Shown piece after piece: positions 49,867-62,707 of a stretch of 64,000 nucleotides of DNA; position 1 is the first letter of the stretch; each line of letters opens with the position of its first letter. This DNA comes from Amoebophrya sp. A120 (Eukaryota > Protista > Dinoflagellata): NCBI GenBank assembly GCA_905178155.1, contig CAJINV010000004.1, forward strand, positions 5,868,828-5,932,827, read 5' to 3'. A model generated the notes under the pieces. That model worked only from the letters and a program-made list of their open reading frames with translations, did no database searches and was not told the origin of the DNA. Both the position numbers and the translations under genes were made by a program.

Positions 49867-52800
49867 TCACGCGCCGGCGACTTGCGGTTGCGGCTTGATG
49901 CCTTGCCCCATCATCTTGGACTTTCCATCCGTCGTCTGCTTGAACTCGAGCCACATGTTGTTGTCTGGGGGCAGCCCGACGCAGGCCTTGAAAATGTTCT
50001 CCAGCATGGCGCGCTGCTTCGCGAGGGCGTTGATGCACGGGTGGCCCTCCGGGACCAGCGGGGCCTTGGTCAGGTAGGACAACAGCACGTTCACGGGGTG
50101 GAAGTTCTTCGGGGTCAGCTCGTTGTTCTTGCGCATCTTGATGCGGTCCGTCATCTCGGCCAGCAAGACCAAATCCAGAATCAACGGGGCGGCGAGCAAC
50201 GAGTCCTCACCTGCGATAGGACAATTATGTATTTTGATTTTCTAAATCGCTGTAGTATTGCGACCTGCACTCATCCAGCATAGAGCTTTCGGTTCCTCCA
50301 GTTTCAACTTCATCGGGGTGTCGATAAGAAATGGGTACAAGTAGAGTAAACTGTACTAATGAAAACGAAGCAAAATCCTATCAGACCATTATCCACCTAG
50401 TATCAAATCAAGCAGTAGCAAGAGTATGGAAATAAACTATACAGGTGTTGTGCATGACGATCGTGTTGGTCCCTCCCAGGAAGATCTCGCTCGTGTACTC
50501 ATCCAGCGCGCGCTTGCTGTCGCCCACGTAGGGAATGTACTTGATCACCACGCAATGGTCCGGGCTCTCGCCCTTCTCGTACAGAATCTCGTTGGAGGCA
50601 ATCATGTCGTTCACGACGTCGGATTTGGAAATCTCCTTGGATTTGAAGCAGGCCGGGTTGGACAAGTTCTTCCCGTCGTTGTTGCCCAAATGGTTGTAGG
50701 AGACGATGGAGGTGGGCTTAATCCCCGCGGAAATCAGGAAGTCCGTGAGCATATGCAACGCAAAAGCATCGCGCTCGTAGTAATCGCAGCCATGCATTAC
50801 AAATCTCCCTCCTAACCTAAATCCGCATAACAAATTCCATTTTTCATACATGCTGAGGGAACTTGTCATGCGATTCATACTAGTACGATGCCTTTGCATT
50901 CCATAGAGCACGGACTTCATCTTGGTCTGCCCGGACTTGAAGTCGTCACCGCCGATCATCGAGTCTTTGGCCACGGCCAGGTCCACAACACCTGTGATAG
51001 GATTGTTACATAAATCCAGTGTTTGTAGTACTGCATCAAATTTGCATCAAGCGAGCTTGATCTGCTTCCCTGCGAGGAAAGTACTAGCAGTCCAAAAACG
51101 AAAAAGGTCTCGTGACGAGCATGATCTAGCATCAGGCATGCTCTCGACAACAACTACGCATCTATACTCGATATGCACAAAAACCACTATGACATCTACC
51201 TGGAACGAACGTGTTCTGGGGGCTTCCGTTGATGAATGGCACGCCCTCCTCGATGCAGGCGACCGCGTACAGAGTCGACGGCGAGACCTCTTTGTGGTCC
51301 GCAGCGATGGCCGCCAACAGCTTTTCCTTTGTCGAGTTGAAGTCCCCGGTTTCGCTGTACCTCTCGGTGTTGGCCGTCCACATGACCACCACCTTGTCCA
51401 GCCCGTTCTTGGCCTTGAAGTCCTTCAAATCCTTGCGGATCTGCTCCACCTGCTGCTGCTTCGAGCCCTTGATGGTGTTGTCGGCGCGGGCCTGCTGGTT
51501 CTCGGCCACGAAGGACGGGTCGAAGACGGCCGGGAGCGGCTTCATCTCCTTCATCAAGTCCTTCACGTTATTCTGCAGGTCATATGAAAGTGCACAACTC
51601 CCCCTGTATTGCATGAACAGCAATACAAGCGTCAGCAATAATACAGGTTTTGCATGACAAATTTGGACAGGAGTGTAGTCTTATTTGGGCTGCCAGAACT
51701 TGTCATGCAAACAGTGCCAAGAGGCGGAGGGTGAGTTTGGTATTTTGCATGACAAATGAGGGGGAGGGGGAGTTGTGCACTCTCATAGGTCAATGTCAAC
51801 CACGCCGGCACGCTCCATCGCCTTGTCCAGGGTGAGACTGTTGTATTATGCAATGCAAAAGCATCGCACTAGTAGAAAATGCATTACAAATTAGCTGAGC
51901 ATGAGAAATGAAATTTGTAATGCTGATTTGCCTTCTTGACAAAGAAATTTGTAATGCAAGACCTGCATTTATACGAGTACGATACTTTTGCACAGGATAT
52001 GTATTTTTACGTTGCAATGACTGTGATCACGCATTGCAAATAGATACAGGTCTATCTCTGACTTTGTAGAAGTGCACTTACGAGCGTGAGAAAACCCTCG
52101 TTTTCTTTTTGTGTTTCATTTCATGATTAATCCAGTATCAAAGTGTAATACGAGCTGATATCCCATCCGCCGAGCACGATGTCGTTGGGGTGGACCATGG
52201 GCAAAAGTTTGTTGAACGGCACAAAGCATTCCTCGCCCTCGAAGTTCCCCACACGAATCGTGGACCTGTAGTTTTGTCGTTTACGTTTTCCATTTTCTGC
52301 TCGTGCTCCATATACAACTCACGTGACACGAGACGGCTGAATGCATGCCTCACTGAACTCCAAAACAAAAATATTTTCGACGAACTCGGAGACTTTCTTG
52401 CCAGCACGACGAGGCCGCCAGATTCGTCTCCAAGCTGTCCAACGAGATTCGGTTCTTAGCCGTCACAGGCATGATCTTGATACTCATCGAAGAAAGGAAA
52501 CTACAAGCAAAAATACGCAGGAGCGAGTACTAAGGTCTTTCATCTGCGCAGGAGTTTAACGAAACAAATCCCTACGAATAATCTACCAATTCTTTCTCCT
52601 AGAAGGACCGAAACAACGAAGTAGAACAATACGCCTGCGTGAGCGACCCCCAGTAGTTTGGCTTCTGCAGGCCCTTCTTGGTTTTCCAGGTGATGTTGTG
52701 CTTGTTGGCCAGGATGCCCGCGGTTACGGTGGTCCCGTTGTTTCCACCCCACCCGACGAGCATGACACCCATCTTCGGCACGCGCTTGTCCGTGACATAT

Positions 52801-53404
52801 GAAAGCCTCAGGTTGGAAATCCTCAAAGTGAAAACAATTTGTAATGCAAAAAAACGACTCCAGTTGGAGCGCCATTTTTAGTCGGCGCATGACAAATTTC
52901 CCGGGCACTCAAAGCGTGTCTGTCATGCTAGTTAGGCAAAGGGGTGCGCTTCTGTCATGCTAATCAGCACTCCAATTCTTAACGACCCGCAGAAGGACGA
53001 TAGTCAGGCCCCAAGTTCTTGCGTCCTCTGCAATACAGTCTTTTTGGTGTCGCATTTCATGCGTCACAGATTATTTCCACTTTGAGGATTTCCATTCTGA
53101 GGTTGTCATATGACAAACTCATACGTCTCCTGTTTGGGCACCACCGTGAACTCCTTGCCGATCTTGATCACCTCGGTACTGTCGTACTGGTACCTGATAG
53201 AAAGGAAGTGGAATTTTGGATTTCATGATCGCAAGTATGCATTACAAATCTCCTCCTGGTGCCACCACCGGTAAATCAGCATGACAAATTCCGTTTGTCA
53301 GACATGGTAAAGCAGCAAAAAGAAACAAAGACAGGATACGTAGCGCGGATTTCGTCCTTGGTGACGGCGACATTTTCGCCAAACTTGATATTCTCGAGGA
53401 GCAT
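49867..53404 (-). CDS. INO1: Myo-inositol-1-phosphate synthase
   Basis: Motifs [77 protein letters not shown]. Starts [12 protein letters not shown]. Confidence 0.95.
50752..50905. mobile_element. Introner family A, 154 bp
   Basis: TSD gagca/gagca; restores KSVL|TDFL of INO1. Confidence 0.92.
51583..51787. mobile_element. Introner family C, 205 bp
   Basis: TSD ggtca/ggtca. Confidence 0.9.
51847..51999. mobile_element. Family A element inside a canonical INO1 intron, 153 bp
   Basis: TSD tgtat/tgtat. Confidence 0.88.
52798..53110. mobile_element. Introner family D-like, 313 bp
   Basis: TSD tgaca/tgaca; restores YEFV|TDKRVPK. Confidence 0.92.
53194..53339 (-). other. INO1 intron 1: GT-AG, 146 bp, apparently derived from a family A element
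   Basis: AC|GTATCCTGT...CTATCAG|G; gcattacaaat and gcatgacaaat motifs inside. Confidence 0.75.
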
Positions 53405-54792
53405 CTTGAAGGGTTAAGTACGGGCAACGTGGGAGTACTTCAAAGCTGCACAAATTGCAGTGAAATACTCACTTCAGATGTGATGTAGATTGATGAGTGT
53501 ATTGCTAGACTTTTTGCTTGGAAAAAAGATTCCAATTTTTATCTACTGTCTGAGTACTTTATAGAAGTACTGGAGTTGCTGTCCTTACAACTAATCAAGG
53601 TCTACTACTTTTTGCTGCTCTTTCGCGGAATAATTCGAAGTTTCAAGTCGGAGTGCCGGAGGCCGGAGGCCTGTTGCGGTCCTGGATAGCGCGAGGCTAC
53701 GCGGAAGTCTCTTTCACTGCGAGGTAGTTGGTGGGGTAAGAAATTCAGATCAAAGAAAAAAACGGAAAAGAACAAACGCATACGCACAGATGAAGGTGGA
53801 TCTCATATTGAAAATAAGTTCGATGTCACAGCAATAGATCACGATCGGTGGAAAGAACTACACAGTGGAATGTTGAAAAGACCTCACTCGAGGATTCGAC
53901 GGGAGGTATTTTTTTCCCTTCTGTTATTTGCTTTCGCGGGGATCTTCAAGCGTCCGATAAATGTGCCATACAGTGGATCGTTTGACTGTGGAAAAAATGG
54001 AAATGCAATTTGACTGAGACCGACGTGGCGCTAGAGACATCAAAACAGTCTCGACGCAGGTCTCGCAGAAGTTTGAACCGCTTTGTCGCGTATGATCGAC
54101 TTTAAGAGCACTGCACTGGAACAAAATTGACTGCAAGCTGCAATAGCGTTGGGCCATTGAGGTGCAGCAGCAGGAGGATCACTAGTACTGACAACACTTG
54201 CCGTGTACTTAATTCCCTCGGGTGGTCGTTATTTGCGTCAAAATACTGAATAGATACCTTTCTACGTAAAAGTCGACTTCATCTTCACTCTGCTATCTTT
54301 GAGCATGGTCCAAGAATAGCATTCGTTGCTGCGATCAAAATTCCATCACCGCACATGTCGATGTCCTTTTGCCTTTTTGAGGTAGCCCATGTAAAATGAT
54401 CCTCTGGCACCGACCACGGGAAGATTGTTCTCAAAGCTAAGTTGGAAGCTCACGCTCACGATCATTTGACTGTTGTAGGGAAGAACTATCGCTGTACTCA
54501 TTTCCGTGAATATTTCTGAAGAATCTGACTCTTTCTGGACCATTCATCGGTAAAATAGACTTGTGTTGCGATCAACTGATGCCTTTGATGCCTGGCGTCG
54601 ACTGGAAATCCACGAATCTGCTTCTTGTACGAAGCTAACAAAGAGGCAGTGCGAAACGTATTCCTCTGATGTGTTTTTTATCATCAAGATTGGTCACATC
54701 TGTTGTACTGAACCAGCATCGAGCACTACACTACCGCTGTTCGCATCGAGAGTCCCCGCAACTCTCGATGATCCCAGAACCTCCACTATGAT

Positions 54793-56160
54793 CTACAGGT
54801 GGTTCTCGATAGTGGTGCTCATGGGCTTTTTGTACCACTTCCAAATGCACTGCTCCCAGACCTCGTCGAGTTCCACTTTTTTTGACGGGTCCATGGCGGG
54901 CTGCTGCATATTCGTGGTTATGCATCACAAAAGTATCGTACTAGTATAAATTGCATTACAAATTTTTCCAGAAGGAAAAGCGGAATTTGTAATGCTGATT
55001 TTGCTAAGAAACAAGATTAGTCATGCATACTTGCGATTCGTACGAGTACGATACTTTTGCACAGGATACTGGTGAAAAGCTCCGTGTCCTGCAGCCGCTT
55101 CAGGCACTTGTCGAGCTGCATCTGCACGTTCAGCTTCGGATTCGTGTCTACGCCCTTCCGCATCTTGTAGTGATCGTCAATCTGCCCGGCCCAGTAGCGC
55201 GTACCTTGGAACAGGGATGAAAGGAGTTAAGTAAATAGTTTTTTCATGCGACATGAACAGGCTGAATACACCATTTTTTAGGCAAATTCATCCCTAGATG
55301 TTGCGCTGTGGTCGTGCCATTCAGAACCTGGAGTCGTCAACCAGCACAACTACAGCAACTCATCTTACTAAAAACAAGAGCAGCTTAAAAATACCTGGCG
55401 TCTTCCCCAGAATTCCCTGTTCCTTGCGTTCCTTAATCGTTTCCTCCGATGGCCCACCGTCGATCACCTCCTGCATGGCGCCGACCGAACCCGCACCGGC
55501 GGCTTGCAAGTGCTTCACCATGATATCGTGTTTTGCCAACGCACCGCCCGTGCATCGCGCCATCATGGTCCAGGCCGGTAACGCTTTGTGCTCCGCTGTA
55601 GTAAGGTGAAGGGATGGCGATATATCTCATTGATTCCTTACCCTTAGGTCCGTTTCCGTTCTTCATCTACTACTCTAATATTCAACAATTCAGGTTCGTT
55701 CTCGTTGTCTTTCTCTTTGTCACTGCAGCAAATAATTCATTGACGATCACGATCATTTTTATGCTTGGAAATATCGAGTAGAAAAATGGAACCATCGATC
55801 GAAAGTAAGACACTGACACGCCTGGATAGTACCTGTCGTATCCTCCAGCGCGGACAACTGCGCTCCCCTTGTGGCATTGCAATACGCCGATACCGCCCAG
55901 GAGCACTCGCTGCCCACGACGTCCTCGACGCTGCGGTAGATTTTCCGCGATTTCTGCCGGGACAGCGTGGCTTCCTTCTTGTGACTCACGGCACGCCGCG
56001 GCACGCACACGTGCGTATCCAGGGTGTGCGCGATCTTCTGAAAGTTCTGGCCGAACTGCACGCCGCCACCGCTGTCCTTCGAGGTACGGCCGAGCCAATC
56101 CGTGCCATCCTCCTCCGCCGCGGAGCCGACCGGCCCACCGGACGTGGAGTTGCTGGTCAT
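54793..56160 (-). CDS. Hypothetical protein (gene 7)
   Basis: Three GT-AG-separated exons plus introner 54919-55068 give one frame, MTSNSTSGG...WKWYKKPMSTTIENHL*. Confidence 0.6.
54919..55068. mobile_element. Introner family A, 150 bp
   Basis: Imperfect TSD gtggt/ctggt. Confidence 0.87.
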
Positions 56161-56167
56161 TGTGCAG

Positions 56168-56316
56168 TATCCTGTGCAAAAGTATCGTACTCGTACAAAT
56201 GCAAGTCTTGCATTACAAATCTCGTTGCCAAGGCAAATCTGCATTACAGATTTTCTTTCTCATACTGAGGAAATTTGTGATGCATTTATACGAGTACGAT
56301 ACTTTTGCAGTTCATA
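56168..56316. mobile_element. Family A element, 149 bp, probably in a 5' UTR
   Basis: TSD tgcag/tgcag. Confidence 0.88.
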
Positions 56317-57196
56317 TGCAGCTATCAGGGTTTGGTGCGAGTTTTTTTCAAGCCAGATCGTCAACGGCCGCCGCGGCGAGATTGCGCCTCGTAAACCAGG
56401 ACGAACACCCGGAAAGCTCTTCTCCGGTTGTTCTGGTGTCTTCACGCAGAGTCAGATAATACTGTTGCTGATGTTGAAAAAAAAAACAGATGACGATTCT
56501 TCTAGATAGATAAACCACGAGCCACACGTCCGGATCGCTACACGAACGATCCTACGGCGTGTGGTCGCAAACAACTATAGAGCCGGGGGTTCGAAATCGT
56601 AAAAATTGTGTTGGTGTGGTCGATAAATAATTACAATTAGGAGTAGCTTGAAAGATGACAATGCGTACTTTGCGCGATTGCGTCAATTTCTATAACATGC
56701 GTATCTAAGGCACAGCTTCTGGACTGACTCTGAGGTTTTTGTTGGGCGTCTCCTGCTCGTCGCAAAACCTGCGACGCATATTGTACAAAAGGGAGGAGCG
56801 ATAGACATTTTTCCCTCTGCTTCTGCTGTACATCTCTACTGCTGCTCATACCCCACTCGATGGACCGCTCAGGAAAAAAAATTCCTAGTACCGACGAGCA
56901 GTGCTGCCTCAACCGACAAAATCGCAGCAAGAAACCACAGATCGGGCTGCGTCTTACTGCGAGCAAATAAAGGACAAACGTCGTGCATCCTTGGGCTATA
57001 AGTGTTGTTTCCCATGCGCGATCCTAATCTTCGCGCATCAGAAGTACTTACAACTCCGGATTTTCTTTTCTTACGTAGTTTATGTTCTTTCTGGGACATG
57101 CTTTTTTTCGCAGGAGCGGATGCAGTGTGTTCAGTTCAAATCGAAGTAGAGGCGCGTGTTTCCTGGAATATGAAAACGAAGGGCGTACTACAACTA

Positions 57197-60100
57197 CTAC
57201 CGAAACGGGATGGTCCCACCCATCGCCTTTTTTCGCAGCAGATGCGTTGCGTCCGGACTCCGATTGCGGATTATGGAGCCGGCGGTCGGGCCGATAGTAC
57301 CTCCGCTCACGACCCGCTGCCCGTCTTGTTCCAATCCCCCACCGCCGCCCAAACTGCCCCTCCGACTCCCGTCCGGACTTCGGTTAGAAGTGCTTTGCAG
57401 TCGCGCCAGAAAGCCTGCGGGGTCTTTCGCTGCGGCGCGGGCCATTTGGGCGATTTCCTCAGACGAAAGATCGCTGGAAAACCTGCCCCCGTTGATCGGA
57501 CTGCGGGTGCGTTTCGCGGACCCGGAAGTAGATGTAGCTGCTCTCATCTTCGTGGTTGGTCCGTGAAGAACTGTCGTCATCGGGAGGGAGTTTATCGCGC
57601 GGACGTTTCTCGTGGGCAGGTGAGGAAAATTGTCCAACGAACTACGGCTCACGTTGACGAGGTGGTCCTGGTGTTCGGCTATCAGTTCAGGAGTAGGCTG
57701 AAGCTGCTGCTGCTGTCTACCTGCTCCCTGGGCGGCAGGAGCTACTGCTCCACCTACAACTCGCTGGTGGCTTTGAGGAAGCGAGTCCCTCCTGCTTGTA
57801 CTCGCGGTTGCACTTGTTGGCGTGCGCGGTTGATGTTTTATTTCGCCTGGAGGTTGTACTTGTAGTTTTGTGGCCGAGGCTGGCAGCGAGCTTGAGCTCG
57901 AAAGGCCAACTCCATTCGTGGTTGTCGTAACAACTACCGGCTCACCCGCGATGAAGGCAGCTGCACTCTTCGTAGTCCCTTTCCCCGATGGTGTACTGGA
58001 CGCTGCCGGTGCATTTTCCAGCGATACAGCTTCTAGATTCGGAGTCTTTTCTGCACTGGGTATCTGTCCTACAGGAACAACGCTAGGCGAAGAGGTGCTG
58101 GCTGTGGCCTGTGCTGGAGCGCTCTCGCAGTTGCTCTGCTGCTGGGCGGTTTCTGTGCCTCCCGCGCTATCATTTGCTGCAGATTCCTTCTCTAGTACAG
58201 CAGGTCGCACCAAAGGCACAGCACGTCGAGGCTGTTCTTGTGCAGTGGCAGGCACACCAGCATCGCTGACTGAAGATGTCAATCTGGTAGCAGTTGTTCC
58301 CGTTCCTCTAGCACCAGCTGTCGGGGGCACTCCAGCTCTTCTCCTCTCCGTGGTTCCACCCCCAACTGCTCCTCGACTTCGCGACCGCGGCTGCGCAGGC
58401 GGCCGTCGGTTATGCTGCGCGTAGGCGTTGGCAAAAATTCGGTTGAGGTCCATCGGCGCAGGACCTGCTCCGCTTGTTGACGTGGTCGACACCTGCGACG
58501 GTGCATCGGAATTGCCGGCTGGAGTGCTGCGCAGCGCTGGATTGAAGGACTTCGGGTCTACTTGATGTTCACCTCTCATCTCGTCCCCTGCTGCTGCGCC
58601 AGCACCTTTTGGCGTGGCCGTGAGTCCAAAAAAGCTGCTTCCGGCGCCGGACGACCGGCCTTCTGACAGAACGCTAGTCGATGGATTTTTGCTTGCTCCG
58701 GTTCCGAATGTTCCCCCAGAGCCAGACGTGGCGGTGATGTGCGAAGTAGGACCACCAGCACCACGGGGTTGTTTGTTATGGCCGTGGGCGTTTGACATGA
58801 AAGCGCCGGAGGAGCTTGACGTCGATCCCCCGCCAGTTGTATAATTGCTGTGCACTTGCATCCCTTTCTTCTTTAGCAACTGTGTGTACTTCTGACTCAG
58901 CAAATCGTAGCGCTGCTCCAGCTCCTGAAGGCGGATCTTGTCAATGTTGTCAGGAGCACGCGATGATGAAGATGAAGATGCGCTGGTGGTACCAGCATGA
59001 TCCACGACCCGGTCAACCATATTACCCGGCGCACCAGTACTAGCCGCGCTAACACCTGCTTGCTGAAGATTATACGCCGGTGGCGGAGGTTGTGGGGTCG
59101 TTGTATTTGAAGTTGTCCTGCTAGCTTGATTCCGCTCTCCGCGAAGCGCGCAGACGAGCTTGCGGATTCCCTCTTCGGGAGAAACGCTCGGGAGCCTGGT
59201 CGTCGTGTGGATAAGTAAGGATGTCACCACTACATGGCACGAGAATGATCATCAAATGATAATGATTCGCAATTGCATTTGGTAGGAAAACAAAATCAGG
59301 CAATCGCACGCTTGTGGTCGTGTAGTATTATACTCAGTCTGGTGGCATTCTGATTAGAAGCGGAACAAAGGTAGTATACGACAAAAAACCACACTTACGT
59401 CAACACGAAAATATATCGAAATTCTACTCGCCCACGAGATCGCGTCCTTCCCCGAGCGCGGCGGAGATTTTGGCGACCATGCTCTCCAGTTGGACGCGGT
59501 GCGTGACCGCCTCTGACGCGCGCTGCTCCGCGTCATTGGTGAGGTTTTTCTGCACCTCGACGGCCTCCGTGAGGTCTTCGACCACTTTGATGACCCGCAC
59601 CATGTGCTCCTCATCGCCGGTCTTCTCGTCTTCGCGACCTGCAGTTGCAATGTTGGATCTACGTTGTGCTTCCTCTTTAGATGAAATGATTGCACTCAAT
59701 ATATCGTTTGGGTGTGACTCGTCGTGGCCCTAAAAAATGCTGATCAATGTAAGTAGTCTGTTCGACGTCCTAAATGCAAAAAGTCCTGAGACGAAGACAA
59801 CAAGCCGCGAATTAAAGTAGAACGATTTTTACTCGCTTTGAGCTCCTCCTCTAAAGTCTCTTTCTTTGCCTCGAGACTTTTCACTTCCTGCTTCCACCGA
59901 ATCTGTTGCTGCGTGAGTGTCTGGATCATTTCGTGTAGATTCTCCGTGGCGCGAACCTTCTCCCGGAAAGACATTTTTTGCGGCCCCATGCTTGCCACGG
60001 TAGACAACTGGTTGGGGCGTTGTTGGAGGTGATGCGGCCCACCTGCTGATTGGATATTTGCAACTTGTTCAACAGCACCAGCCGCACCTGTCGAAGAGGA

Positions 60101-62707
60101 GGAGGTCGAGGAAGACGTCGTATCACCGGATCCACCAACCTGCGCGGAAGATGGTGCAGAGGCACTTACATCATCTCCAACTCGCTCCTTCCCGCCTGCT
60201 GCTTCGTGAAATTCGCAACCACGATTCGTCGCAGAAGATGAACTTGTTCCAGGATTTTCCATTTCCGGCGAACTCGTTGCTCCATTGAGCAGGGTCGACA
60301 TGATTTTCGAGCAGGCCCGGGCCGTCTCGGGATCTTCGCCTTCGTAGATTGTCGTCAGCGTGCCGTCAAACGACACGTAGTCGTCGTCGACAAGTCGTGT
60401 GCTCGTTCTGCCCTCCAAAGAGGAAGAATGGAGACTCAGTGCGTGGTTTTGAAACGTCTCCACCACGTGCATGGCTTTCAGCAGGCTGGTATCAAGTGCA
60501 AAAGTGTGTGGGTCTCCTGGAAAAGTTTTAGACTTGTCATGCAGATTTTCCATGACCCATGAGGTCTGGAATGCGGGACTTAGCATGACAGACTCTGCGA
60601 GGTGGTCTCTGCCATGCCTGTCCCGCATGAGAAACTCCCTTGTTAACTTGGTCAAAAGGGGACAGCTTTTCTTTGGCACTCATGCAACACAGATTTTTGC
60701 ATGCTTCAGATTTTCCATGACAAGTTGCAATCTACTTCCAGACCCAGACATTTTTGCAATCCATAGCTGGAATTCAGCATCACGGCGGTCAGGTACTGCG
60801 AGTCTGCGGTCAAGTCTGGCTGTGAAAGCCTCAGGTTGGAAATCCTCAACGTGAAAATAATTTGTAATGCAAAAAAACGACTCCTGTTGGAGCACCATTT
60901 GTAGTCGGCGCATGACAAATTTACCGGGCACTCAAAGCGTGTCTGTCATGCTAGTTAGGCAAAGGGGTGCCGTTCTCTCATGCTAATCAGCAGCCCAATT
61001 CTGAACCCGTAGAAGCACAACAGTCGGCCTCCATTGCGTTCTCTGCAGTACAGTCTTTTTCGTCTCGCATTTCATGCATCACAAATTATTTCCACTTTGA
61101 GGATTTCCATTCTGAGGGTGTCATACTGGCTGGTGGAGGTCTCGTCCTGACGGCCCCGCCCGCGGGGGAGTTGCTGTACTAGCCTCTGGCTCTGCGTTCT
61201 TCTGACCGTCTGGTTGTTGTTGTACATGATCTGAGTTTGATACTAGCGGCTGGTGCCCTGGCGTGGAGCTCGAAGAAAACGAGGTCGTGTTATTAGATGA
61301 GTCCTCAGACGGTGCCCCTCCAACCGCCCTTCGACCCCCCGAAGCTGTTCTTGAGACAACAAGCTGTCCTTCTTGGACCTCCTCCTGCTCCCCGCTGTGC
61401 AAGTCGATGGCGAGTAGCTGCTTCTGTTCTAGGTTGTGGTACAAGAGAGCTACGTACTTCAAACACATGTTTAAATGGTGCTGCATCGTTTGTGTTGCTA
61501 GAACTGCAGCGCGCGCCAGACTGGAAGTGGAACTACTGCAGCTCCCGGCGGTGGGGGTGGTTATTTGATGAGGTGCAGCAAGTTGTTGTATCGGGAACAA
61601 CGGAGTGGCTGTACTAGTGTTGCTTGTACTTGCATCAGCAGCAGCTTGATACTCAGACTGGCTATCATCTGCCGGCGGAGTAGTTCTTTCTCCACCATCT
61701 TCTTCCCCATGCCCTGGCTCGACGAAAATTTCCTCTCGATCATTAGTCGCCTGGCTCAACATATTTCCACCGGCATGATCACAAGCGGTCTCCTCGTCGT
61801 CTTCGCCACAGGAAGCATAGGGCGAAGGATCCATGTGCAGTTCCGCCTCCTGGGTTGTAGTTCTTATGTCTAACTGGTCCTGTCTCACGACATTCTTTTC
61901 ACGCAATGTCAACTGCTGCGTCGGTTCTTTCCCTCCCAGCTCGACAGGACGGAGCGCGGAGAGAAAATCTGAAGGCAGCAAATGTTTTTCAGCATGTATT
62001 TCATCGGCGTGTTTGTTTCCTCCAGGACCAGGTTGGCTTTGGTCGTATAATATTCTGCGGTTGTCTGTTCTTCCTTCTTCATTCGGCTCTCGGTAGTAGA
62101 GCTGTCCCCAGGTATTGGTCGGATGCTCCGTCTCCATTTTGAACAAATCGTAGTCGTTTTGGCTTCGATTTTTATTCATCACGACGTGCTGGGCCGTAGC
62201 TCTAGTTGTCCTATCGGAACTTTCGTCTTCGGCAGAGTCGCACTGCCTGAGTCTAACCGGACTGTCATCTGCTTGTTCATGTTGATCCAGCCTGTTGTTG
62301 ATTCCGTTTCCGACCAGGTCATGAGAAGTCATGAATAAACCAGCCTCGTGTTCGCGCTCCAGCAGGCTATCGAGAGCTACTAGGTCTTCCCGGGGCGGAG
62401 ACGGCGAGAACCGATGGTCTTGGTCGTCGGCGGGTCTCGTTGCAGCAATAGCGGTATGGGGATGTGCTTCTGGTTCTGCAGTTGCACTAAAAGAAGTCCC
62501 AGGAGGCGTGTCACTTGGTCCTCGGACTGTTGACGACGTGGTTTTCCCGCTCGCGTCGATAGGCGGCGTTTGCAGCAGGTCTGCGGCAGACACGAGGTAC
62601 TGTTGCGCGAAAGCACTGGAGGCAGAGGACATGAACTGCCTGGAGTCGTCGTTGCTTGAGGGCGCTGCTAATAACGACGACGAGGACGTTGTCGGGTTGT
62701 AGTTCAT
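57197..62707 (-). CDS. Large hypothetical low-complexity/coiled-coil protein (gene 8)
   Basis: ORFs 61121-62710 and 59744-60679 join in frame across two introners; 59424-59699 and 57197-59230 probably join through GT-AG introns (not resolved). Confidence 0.6.
60490..60765. mobile_element. Introner family B, 276 bp
   Basis: TSD gctgg/gctgg. Confidence 0.9.
60821..61125. mobile_element. Introner family D-like, 305 bp
   Basis: TSD ctggc/ctggc. Confidence 0.9.

Noticed and set aside
2843-61125. Recurring short peptides in the ORF track (ANMSGSG, LCTLI, QKYRTR, ITNYF)
   Set aside because: These are translations of introner TIRs, not protein domains.
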